The translations under genes and the position numbers were made by a program. The notes below the pieces were generated by a model. It did not search any database, had not been told where the DNA came from, and saw nothing but the letters and a program-made list of their open reading frames with translations. Positions 42,660-50,289 of a stretch of 50,289 bases of DNA are shown here, in pieces (within the stretch, counting starts at the first letter, position 1; every line of letters begins with the position of its first letter). The DNA comes from Proteobacteria bacterium UBA2770 (GTDB lineage: Bacteria; Pseudomonadota; Gammaproteobacteria; UBA2770), in the NCBI GenBank assembly GCA_002352565.1, contig DEIQ01000069.1, forward strand, positions 3,241-53,529. Reading direction: 5' to 3'.

Positions 42660-42782
42660 TCCTAACGCCGAGTTAAGCGGCATCCAATGCGCAGCGCCAT
42701 TTGCGCAACAATGCCAAAGGTATGCGCAAAAAAGGCGCAAAGCGCTGAGCATTGGATTTGAGCACTTTATTCGAGCTTTTTC
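42660..42782 (-). repeat. attC-like imperfect palindrome immediately downstream of rtcB
   Basis: The plus strand CCTAACGCCGAGTTAAGCGGCA (42661-) matches CCTAACGCCAAGTTCAACGGCA (937-) at 19 of 22 positions. The minus strand ends in GTTAGGA. Long imperfect arms include ATCCAATGCTCAGCGC / GCGCTGCGCATTGGAT (15 of 16 complementary). The R''-equivalent end is degenerate (GAAAAAG). Confidence 0.4.
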
Positions 42783-42812
42783 ATTGAATCCAAGTGCAAA
42801 ATATCAGGTTTT

Positions 42813-44243
42813 TTAGCCTTTAATACATATTATCGGCTCGAGCCGGGCTACCTTTCGCGACAAGCCAGCATGTTCCGCGGCTTCCACCACCAAAGAAACA
42901 TCTTTGTATGCGCCAGGCGCCTCTTCCGCCAATCCTCTAAATGAAGGGCTTTTGACAAGAATACCCCGGCTTTCCAGTTCCTTCATGACAGAACGGCCAT
43001 GCCATAACCTGGCCGCTTGATGGCGGCTCATAGCGCGGCCAGCTCCGTGGCAGGAAGAACCAAACGCCCGCTGCTGGCTTTCCATGGTACCGGCAAGAAC
43101 ATAAGACTCCGTACCCATAGAACCACCGATGAATACGGGCTGGCCAGTTTTCTTCAGATCCTCGTCCAAGGCGGGATGCCCAGGACCCAGCGCCCTGGTC
43201 GCGCCTTTCCGGTGGACAAAAAGCATTCGACTCTCTCCTTCCACTTCATGGGCTTCCAGTTTGCAGGTATTGTGCGACACGTCATAAAGCAAGGTAAGAC
43301 AGCTATTCGGCAACACTTCCTGGAATACTTTCCTTGTCATGTCGGTCAGAATCTGCCGGTTGGCAAGCGCGCAGTTGATACCAGCTCGCATAGCTCCAAG
43401 ATATTGCCGACCAAGATCTGAGTTCACCGGAGCGCAGGCAAGATCCCGGGCCGGTAATTCGATGCCATGCTGCACAGCTGAGATGGCCATGGTTTGGAGG
43501 TATTCGGTCCCAATCTGATGACCAAGACCGCGGGAACCGCAATGAATACTTACGACCACCTCGCCACAAGATAAACCGAAGACCTGTGCGATCGAGATAT
43601 CATAGATGCCAGTGACCTGCTGAACCTCCAGATAATGGTTGCCAGAACCCAGTGTGCCCATTTCATTTCTCTGGCGTTCCTTGGCCCGTTCAGAGACCAT
43701 GGCTGGATCAGCGCCTTCCATACATCCGCATTCCTCTATCCGGGACAGATCACTATCAAGCCCCCACCCCTGTTTTACCGCCCAATGTGCTCCTCCAGTC
43801 AGCATCTCGTCCATTTCCCGGGATGTGAGGCGGATACTGCCAGAACTACCGACACCAGCGGGAATAGCGCGAGCGAGCTCATTGGCCAATATTTTCTTGT
43901 AAGGTTGGAGTTCATCATTGGTGAGACCGGTATGAAGAAGTCTGACTCCGCAGGAAATATCAAATCCTACGCCACCGGCAGAGATCACTCCACCCTGATC
44001 CGGATCAAAGGCCGCTACACCCCCAATGGGGAAACCATAGCCCCAGTGTGCGTCCGGCATGGCATAAGCTGCTTGCACTATTCCGGGCAAACAAGCCACA
44101 TTGCGTAACTGTTCCCAGACCTTGTCATCCATGCTATCGATCAACTTATGATCAGCATAGATGATGCCAGGCACCCGCATGCCGTCGTGGGGATCTATCT
44201 GCCAGCTGTATTCGCTGAGGCGGCTGAGTGGGCGAGTAACCAT
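42813..44243 (-). CDS. rtcB: RNA-splicing ligase RtcB
   Basis: 476 aa. MPDAHWGYGFPIGGV, GGVGFDISCG, GSGNHY.E, HCGSRGLGHQ, and SCHGAGR, covering all the metal-binding and GMP-histidine motifs of RtcB. Confidence 0.95.
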   Translation of the reverse strand: MVTRPLSRLSEYSWQIDPHDGMRVPGIIYADHKLIDSMDDKVWEQLRNVACLPGIVQAAYAMPDAHWGYGFPIGGVAAFDPDQGGVISAGGVGFDISCGVRLLHTGLTNDELQPYKKILANELARAIPAGVGSSGSIRLTSREMDEMLTGGAHWAVKQGWGLDSDLSRIEECGCMEGADPAMVSERAKERQRNEMGTLGSGNHYLEVQQVTGIYDISIAQVFGLSCGEVVVSIHCGSRGLGHQIGTEYLQTMAISAVQHGIELPARDLACAPVNSDLGRQYLGAMRAGINCALANRQILTDMTRKVFQEVLPNSCLTLLYDVSHNTCKLEAHEVEGESRMLFVHRKGATRALGPGHPALDEDLKKTGQPVFIGGSMGTESYVLAGTMESQQRAFGSSCHGAGRAMSRHQAARLWHGRSVMKELESRGILVKSPSFRGLAEEAPGAYKDVSLVVEAAEHAGLSRKVARLEPIICIKG

Positions 44244-44271
44244 GGAAAATCCAGTTTAAGTCGCAACATTT

Positions 44272-44694
44272 TTACACATCGACAACGCATTGAGCCATCC
44301 AGCAACCATGATGGGATTGACAGACCTTGAGTTCGGTAAGCGTGGCCCCTTTCAGCTCCACAGCCGGCTGGTGTTTTCCCTTATCAACTGGCTCCCCCCA
44401 TGCTTTTGCTTGCAAAGAATGATCCTCAAGGTTGATTTGAAATTTTCCGAAAATGAGCCCTGTTACAGACATTTCATATATGAGATGGTTGAGCCATCCC
44501 GCCAACAAGAACTCATCGTCTGGGGCCGATAGGCTTATATCCACTGACTTTCTGGATTCAATCCTGCCGGGGTCGGTCACCACAGCAATCATAGCCAGAG
44601 ATGCTTGCTCGAAGGCTTCCGTTAAGGTGCATCCATATCCCCGCACCCCGACATCCGACTCGTGGTGAAAATGTTCCCAGGATGGCAATTTCAT
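44272..44694 (-). CDS. archease (RtcB activator)
   Basis: WEHFHHESDVGVRGYGCTLTEAFEQASLAM.. and a C-terminal VKGATLTELKV are archease hallmarks. The start is set at ATG 44694 (140 aa), giving a typical archease length. The ORF track extends 20 codons further. It lies 28 nt upstream of rtcB. Confidence 0.85.
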   Translation of the reverse strand: MKLPSWEHFHHESDVGVRGYGCTLTEAFEQASLAMIAVVTDPGRIESRKSVDISLSAPDDEFLLAGWLNHLIYEMSVTGLIFGKFQINLEDHSLQAKAWGEPVDKGKHQPAVELKGATLTELKVCQSHHGCWMAQCVVDV

Positions 44695-44990
44695 GACATG
44701 CGAATCTCTGCCATGCATTTTTTGAAAACTCATGTTTTTATACAAGAAAAACAACTTAGTATGATGACACCATCATATTAATAAGTATAATCTAATTTCA
44801 TGCGTTTTTGCAGTTCCGCAAGTTGGATTACTATCATTGAAGCAGATGAATAGCGCGAGGGGAAGAAGCGAAGGTCTTTGATATGACATTTTGAGTTTCT
44901 ATACCGATCAGTATCGCCTCAAGGACCGATCACAAGTTCCCTGGATCTCTGTCGTTAACCAACCGCCGACTCGGGAGAAAACAGTTCATC

Positions 44991-46754
44991 ATGTGTGCAG
45001 AGTTCATTAAAAAAACGCTCACCAGGGATGCGATTCAACCAAATATGGATGACTATGCATCGGCTTGCCGCCGTTTTTCCTGGGAGTCGGCGAAAACATT
45101 ACTCGACGGTTTGCCTGGGGGCGGACTGAACATCGCTTATGAAGCGATCGATCGCCATGCGGATGGCAAAAAAAGCGCTCAACGAGCCCTTTGCTGGCTG
45201 GACAAGCAGGGTAAGCGGCATGATTTCACTTATGGCGACCTGAAAAAGCAGACCAATCGCTTTGCAAATGTGCTAAAGGATTTGGGAATGATGAAAGGAG
45301 ATCGCCTGTTTTCTCTTTGTGGCCGTATCCCGGCGCTCTATATCGCCGTTCTTGGCACGCTGAAAAATGGCAGTGTCTACTGCCCATTATTTTCCGCCTT
45401 CGGCCCAGAACCCATCCAGTCCAGACTATCCATAGGCGAGAGCAAGGCATTGGTCACCACCAGTCAGCTTTACAAACGCAAAATCGCAAAGCTGCGCGAT
45501 CAACTTCCAAGACTTGAGCACATTCTGATCGCAGACCTCGCTCCCGAAGATCCCTCTCCGCCAGGAACGCATAATCTCAACGCTCTCATGTCTTCGGCGA
45601 GCGCAGAGTTCGAGATCCCTCCGACCGGGGAAGAAGACCTCGCCTTGTTGCATTTTACCAGCGGCACCACCGGTCGCCCCAAGGGAGCGATGCATGTCCA
45701 TAAGGCTGTGCTGGCGCATATAGTAACAGGCCGGTTCGCTCTGGAATTGCATGAGAGCGACGTTTTCTGGTGTACGGCGGATCCGGGTTGGGTAACCGGC
45801 ACTTCCTATGGCATCATAGCCCCATTGGCTCTCGGCGCGACCATGTTGGTCGATGAACAGGAGTTTGACGCCGAACGCTGGTACAAAATACTACAAGATG
45901 AAAAAGTATCGGTATGGTATACGGCGCCGACAGCCATTCGGATGATGATGCGTTTGGGAACCGAACTTGTCCAAAATTACCACTTTCCCCAACTTCGTTT
46001 CATGGCAAGCGTTGGCGAACCCCTGAATTCAGAAGCTGTGATCTGGAGCAATGAGGCATTTGGTCGGCCCTTTCACGATAATTGGTGGCAAACGGAAACT
46101 GGTGGCATTATGATTTCCAATTATGCAAACATGGATATTAAACCAGGCTCCATGGGGTGCCCATTGCCGGGTATTGAAGCGGCTATTGCAACAAAAACCG
46201 CATCCGGGACGCTTGAATTTATCGATCAACCCGGTCAACAAGGGCATCTTGTGCTGAAAAAGGGCTGGCCTTCGATGTTTCGCGGCTATCTGCACGAAGA
46301 AGAGCGCTATCGGAAATGTTTTGTTGGTGATTGGTATTTGACAGGGGATCTTGCCAGGCGCGATGAAGATGGTTACTTTTGGTTTGTCGGTCGGGCCGAT
46401 GATTTAATCAAGACTTCCGGCCATCTCATCGGTCCTTTTGAAGTTGAAGATGTCTTAATGACCCATCCCGCCGTCGCCGAGGCTGGTGTGATCGGCAAAC
46501 CAGATCCGGTAGCCCTGGAAGTTGTCAAGGCTTTTGTTTCCCTCAAGCCTGGATTTGAACCGGACGAGGATTTACGCAAGCAACTGATGGCACATGCTCG
46601 CAAGCGCCTTGGAGCAGTGGTAGCTCCCAAGGAAATAGAATTCCGCAAAAAATTGCCCAAGACCCGAAGCGGAAAAATTCTGCGGCGCTTGCTCAAGGCC
46701 CAGGAATCAGGGCTGCCTGAGGGCGATGTTTCGACCTTGGAGAATGAAGAATGA
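44991..46754 (+). CDS. AMP-forming acetyl-CoA synthetase-like ligase (Bacillus AcsA type)
   Basis: 587 aa. [70 protein letters not shown], and [12 protein letters not shown]. It closely resembles my recollection of B. subtilis AcsA. Confidence 0.85.
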   Translation: MCAEFIKKTLTRDAIQPNMDDYASACRRFSWESAKTLLDGLPGGGLNIAYEAIDRHADGKKSAQRALCWLDKQGKRHDFTYGDLKKQTNRFANVLKDLGMMKGDRLFSLCGRIPALYIAVLGTLKNGSVYCPLFSAFGPEPIQSRLSIGESKALVTTSQLYKRKIAKLRDQLPRLEHILIADLAPEDPSPPGTHNLNALMSSASAEFEIPPTGEEDLALLHFTSGTTGRPKGAMHVHKAVLAHIVTGRFALELHESDVFWCTADPGWVTGTSYGIIAPLALGATMLVDEQEFDAERWYKILQDEKVSVWYTAPTAIRMMMRLGTELVQNYHFPQLRFMASVGEPLNSEAVIWSNEAFGRPFHDNWWQTETGGIMISNYANMDIKPGSMGCPLPGIEAAIATKTASGTLEFIDQPGQQGHLVLKKGWPSMFRGYLHEEERYRKCFVGDWYLTGDLARRDEDGYFWFVGRADDLIKTSGHLIGPFEVEDVLMTHPAVAEAGVIGKPDPVALEVVKAFVSLKPGFEPDEDLRKQLMAHARKRLGAVVAPKEIEFRKKLPKTRSGKILRRLLKAQESGLPEGDVSTLENEE

Positions 46755-47743
46755 ACACTTGTGACAAGAACGTTGGGGCCGATTATCAGGAGTTGGATTT
46801 ATTGCGTCAGATGATACGCATCCGCCGTTTCGAGGAAAAATGCGCGGAACTCTATACAAAAGCCAAAATCCGCGGCTTTCTCCATTTATACATCGGCGAG
46901 GAAGCGGTATCAGTCGGTCTTGGTGCTGCATTGAGACCGGAAGACGCTGTGATTGCCACCTACCGCGAGCATGGTCACGCTCTGGTGCGTGGTATAAGCA
47001 TGAACTCTATCATGGCCGAGATGTATGGCAAGACGGAGGGTTGCAGCCGGGGGCGGGGCGGTTCCATGCATTTATTCGATGCAGCCACTAACTTTTATGG
47101 CGGTAGCGCCATCGTAGCTGGCGGCATCCCTATGGCGGTCGGATTGGCTCTAGCGGCGAAAATGCAGCAACGCAATCAGATCATCGTATGTTTATTCGGC
47201 GAAGGCGCGGTCGCCGAAGGCGTGTTTCATGAATCCATGAACCTTGCGGCTCTCTGGCAGGTTCCAGTATTGTTCGTGTGCGAAAACAATCTCTATGCCA
47301 TGGGTACACGGCTCGAGCGTTCTGAATCACAGACGGATATTTGCCGCAAGCTTGACAGTTATGGCATTCCCTCCTTACATATCGATGGCATGGATGTATT
47401 GGCGGTACGCGATGCGGCCCAAAAGGCTGCCTCTGAAATTCGCAATGATGGCAGACCGCGTTTTCTGGAGTGTCAAACTTACCGCTTTCGAGCCCATTCC
47501 ATGTTCGATGCCCAACTCTACCGCAGCAAAACCGAGGTTCAAGAATGGATGGAGTACGATCCCATCAAGGAATTGTTCCACAAGCTGGAAAAGGAAAGTA
47601 AAATCGAAAGCGCCAAAATCCAGGAAATCAGCGCCGAAGTCGATGCTGAAATCGCCGCAGCGGTCGATTTTGCCGAAGCCGGCACATGGGAAGCCATTGA
47701 TGATCTCTGTCGCGACGTCTACACTACGGAGACTGAAAAATGA
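46751..47743 (+). CDS. thiamine-diphosphate-dependent 2-oxoacid (acetoin/pyruvate-type) dehydrogenase E1 alpha subunit
   Basis: 330 aa. [50 protein letters not shown]. The start overlaps the ligase stop (ATGA). Confidence 0.9.
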   Translation: MNTCDKNVGADYQELDLLRQMIRIRRFEEKCAELYTKAKIRGFLHLYIGEEAVSVGLGAALRPEDAVIATYREHGHALVRGISMNSIMAEMYGKTEGCSRGRGGSMHLFDAATNFYGGSAIVAGGIPMAVGLALAAKMQQRNQIIVCLFGEGAVAEGVFHESMNLAALWQVPVLFVCENNLYAMGTRLERSESQTDICRKLDSYGIPSLHIDGMDVLAVRDAAQKAASEIRNDGRPRFLECQTYRFRAHSMFDAQLYRSKTEVQEWMEYDPIKELFHKLEKESKIESAKIQEISAEVDAEIAAAVDFAEAGTWEAIDDLCRDVYTTETEK

Positions 47744-48744
47744 GCGCGAGGGAAAAAATTCACATGACGCGCATCACATATCGGGAAGCCATACGGGAAG
47801 CCTTACGTGAAGCCCTTGCCAATGATCCCGATGTCTTTCTGGTCGGCGAGGACGTTGGTAAATACGGCGGCTGTTATGCGGTCAGCATGGGGCTATTGGA
47901 GGAATTCGGAGAAGATCGGGTGCGTGACGCCCCTTTGTCGGAAGCGGGTTTCACCGGTGCTGGTATCGGCGCTGCCATGGGTGGATTGCGCCCTATTGTC
48001 GAGATTATGACCGTGAATTTCAGTCTGTTGGCGCTTGATCAGATTATGAACAATGCGGCAACGATCCGTCACATGTCGGGCGGTCAATTCAATATTCCAC
48101 TGGTGATCCGTATGGCAACCGGTGCTGGCAAGCAACTCGCCGCCCAGCACTCCCACAGCCTTGAAGGTTGGTATGCCCATATCCCCGGATTGAAAGTCTT
48201 AACGCCTGCGACAGTCGAAGACGCCAGAGGCATGTTGAGTTCAGCTTTGGCCGATCCCGACCCGGTGCTGATCTTTGAAAATGCTACGCTCTATAACATG
48301 GAAGGATGGCTGGCGACTGATGCTGGCCAAGTGGATATCGAGCGCGCCAAAGTATATCGTGAAGGAAAAGATATCAGTATTCTAAGTTACGGAGCAAGCT
48401 TTTGGAAAAGCCTCGATGCGGCTACGAAACTTGCCGAACAAGGCATTGACGCAGAAGTCATCGACTTGCGTACCTTGCGCCCACTGGATAATGAAACGAT
48501 TTTCTCATCGGTGCGCAAGACCCACCGGGCTGTTATCGTCGATGAAGGCTGGCGGAGCGGAAGCCTGTCCGCTGAAATCATGGCTCGCCTGATGGAATTT
48601 TGTTTTTATGATCTGGATGCCCCGGTTGCGCGGGTTTGCAGTGAAGAAGTACCCATTCCCTACCCCAAACATCTGGAGAATGCAGCGATTCCGCAGCCAG
48701 AGAAAATCATAGCCGCAGTTCATGAGGTCTTGGGCCATGACTGA
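47740..48744 (+). CDS. 2-oxoacid dehydrogenase E1 beta subunit
   Basis: 334 aa. [42 protein letters not shown], and a transketolase C-terminal domain. The start overlaps the E1 alpha stop (ATGA). Confidence 0.9.
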   Translation: MSAREKIHMTRITYREAIREALREALANDPDVFLVGEDVGKYGGCYAVSMGLLEEFGEDRVRDAPLSEAGFTGAGIGAAMGGLRPIVEIMTVNFSLLALDQIMNNAATIRHMSGGQFNIPLVIRMATGAGKQLAAQHSHSLEGWYAHIPGLKVLTPATVEDARGMLSSALADPDPVLIFENATLYNMEGWLATDAGQVDIERAKVYREGKDISILSYGASFWKSLDAATKLAEQGIDAEVIDLRTLRPLDNETIFSSVRKTHRAVIVDEGWRSGSLSAEIMARLMEFCFYDLDAPVARVCSEEVPIPYPKHLENAAIPQPEKIIAAVHEVLGHD

Positions 48745-49879
48745 CTTTTGCATGCCATCTCTGGGCTCCGATATGGAAGCCGGAACCCTGGTGGAATGGA
48801 ATATTCAGCCGGGAGATGAAGTCCATCGTGGAGATATTGTCGCAGTGGTTGAAACAGTCAAGGGCGCCATCGACGTTGAGATTTTCGAAGATGGCATCAT
48901 TGAAACGCTGTTGGTAGCGCCAGGAACCGAAATACCCGTAGGTACGCCATTGGCGCGCTTGCGCGCTTGCGGAGAGAAAACGGAGCCTCCCTCCGAAAAA
49001 CCTGCGCCGGAAAAACTGAAGCAGGAGGAACCCGTACCGACGCCTGGAATCGCTCCTTCTCCGGGCCGCCAACGCATCAGTCCATTCGCACGGCGCCGCG
49101 CCAAAGAACTTGGCATGGATTTAAGCACGGTGATCGGTTCAGATCCAAACCGCGCGATCACGGTTTTCGATATCGAAGCCACAGCCAAACGATTGAAAGC
49201 CGGTTTAAAAACCGATATGAACGCCATGCGCGCAGCCATCGCTGCTGCCATGTCCCATTCAAAGCGGGAAATCCCACATTACTATCTTAGCGCTAAAGTG
49301 GACATGGAGCCCTGCATGCATTGGCTGGAAACCCAAAACAATCAACGAGAACCTTCGGAGCGGCTGCTTCCTGTCATACTGATCGCCAAAGCGATGGCGT
49401 CAGTAATGGCCAGATTCCCTGAATTCAATGGATATTACACCAGCGATGGCTTTGCCCCGAGCAAGAATATTCATATCGGCATGGCCATCTCCCTGCGCGG
49501 CGGCGGCCTGATCGCTCCAGCGCTCCATGACTGCAGGAACAAGGATCTCGATCAATTGATGAGCGAGTTCCGGGATCTGGTGGAACGGGCGCGTGGCGGA
49601 CACTTGCGCAGTTCTGAGATGTCCGACCCAACTATCACGCTCAGCAGCCTCGGTGAGCGAGGCGTCGAAGAAATCATGCCGATCATTTTCCCCCCTCAGG
49701 TTGCTATCATAGGTTGCGGGACGGTAACAGAGCAGCCCTGGGCTGAAGGAGGCAAATTAAGCGTCCGCCGCGGCGCCACGATTAGTCTTGCTGCGGATCA
49801 TCGCGTCAGCGACGGTCATCGGGGTGCTTTGTTTCTTTCCGCACTGGCTCATCAACTACAGAATCCGGAAAAACTATGA
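48737..49879 (+). CDS. dihydrolipoamide acyltransferase (E2) with a single lipoyl domain
   Basis: Lipoyl domain ([27 protein letters not shown]), Pro/Glu-rich linker, peripheral subunit-binding domain ([16 protein letters not shown]), and catalytic domain with DHRVSDG. ATG 48737 overlaps the E1 beta stop by 8 nt. Confidence 0.85.
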   Translation: MTDFCMPSLGSDMEAGTLVEWNIQPGDEVHRGDIVAVVETVKGAIDVEIFEDGIIETLLVAPGTEIPVGTPLARLRACGEKTEPPSEKPAPEKLKQEEPVPTPGIAPSPGRQRISPFARRRAKELGMDLSTVIGSDPNRAITVFDIEATAKRLKAGLKTDMNAMRAAIAAAMSHSKREIPHYYLSAKVDMEPCMHWLETQNNQREPSERLLPVILIAKAMASVMARFPEFNGYYTSDGFAPSKNIHIGMAISLRGGGLIAPALHDCRNKDLDQLMSEFRDLVERARGGHLRSSEMSDPTITLSSLGERGVEEIMPIIFPPQVAIIGCGTVTEQPWAEGGKLSVRRGATISLAADHRVSDGHRGALFLSALAHQLQNPEKL

Positions 49880-50118
49880 ATCAGGAAGAAATAAAAACCC
49901 GGCTTTTAGAAATCCTGGAAGGGATTGCACCGGAAATAGAACCCGGCGAGCTGGAATCAGATGTGGATTTTCGGGAGCAATTGGATATGGATTCAATGGA
50001 TCTATTGAATTTCATCACAGCCGTGCATAAGCAAATGGGCGTCAACATTCCAGAGAGTGATTATCCCAAACTCACAAGCCTCGATGCCTGCGTCGCTTAC
50101 CTGATCAGCCGTATATAA
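49876..50118 (+). CDS. acyl carrier protein (phosphopantetheine-binding)
   Basis: 80 aa, acidic, with LDMDSMDLLNF (DS phosphopantetheine attachment motif at Ser40) in a four-helix-sized protein. The start overlaps the E2 stop (ATGA). Confidence 0.75.
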   Translation: MNQEEIKTRLLEILEGIAPEIEPGELESDVDFREQLDMDSMDLLNFITAVHKQMGVNIPESDYPKLTSLDACVAYLISRI

Positions 50119-50289
50119 TAATCAGACGGCACCGGATAACATCGTCCGCATCCGCAATCCAACCGTTATTATCTGCCACATAGAATTAATGATTTTGAGC
50201 TAAAGTCGGATGACTGTATCATTGGTTAACCGTGTGAACAGCATTCAGAGACCTTTGCGCGAAATCCATAAGGTTCTCATGCTGCGTTA

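Noticed and set aside
44755-44990. Sigma54 promoter or RtcR-type control region upstream of archease-rtcB
   Set aside because: No TGGCAC-N5-TTGC(A/T) match occurs on the relevant strand. GCGGAACTGCAAAA has the wrong GG/GC spacing.
50119-50289. Possible gene or attC-like box (GGATAAC ... GTTATTATC) after the ACP gene
   Set aside because: The inverted ATAAC/GTTAT pair is short and has the wrong first bases for RYYYAAC. The region is too close to the window end to interpret.

Overview
50.3-kb chromosomal window of roughly 50% GC. The housekeeping synteny looks gammaproteobacterial (my inference from gene order only). On the minus strand: radA-alr-dnaB-rplI-membrane protein-rpsR-rpsF-rlmB-rnr, a MoxR/DUF58/VWA (Bat-like) operon, ubiG and purC/purK/purE. 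On the plus strand: tRNA-Leu(CAG), egtB-egtD, DUF445-queH-ubiX, gltBD and thiS-thiG-trmB. These core genes are interrupted by accessory and decaying DNA. (1) At the left edge, two low-GC, promoter-less minus-strand ORFs (an SDR and an 81-aa membrane protein) are each bracketed by perfect 7-bp inverted core boxes (GTTRRRY / RYYYAAC type). Long imperfect hairpin spacers separate them. This is the architecture of integron gene cassettes, with no integrase in the window. Homologous attC-like sequence recurs beside rtcB. (2) A previously unannotated ~158-nt element with ~19-bp terminal inverted repeats occurs three times. One copy supplies the last six codons and the stop of purK. (3) An IS607-family element has both genes inactivated: tnpB by a 7-bp tandem duplication and tnpA by a 1-nt frameshift. 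It sits inside the remnant of an IS30-family transposase gene. (4) A stand-alone RtcB-archease RNA-ligase pair is flanked by this mobile debris. (5) At the right edge, a translationally coupled acsA-like ligase / 2-oxoacid dehydrogenase E1alpha-E1beta-E2 / acyl carrier protein cluster is cut by the window end. Several intergenic spacers hold decayed gene fragments (dienelactone hydrolase, aldo/keto reductase, possibly GNAT). No CRISPR array, rRNA or prophage was seen. All family calls come from reading motifs in the supplied translations. No database search was run.
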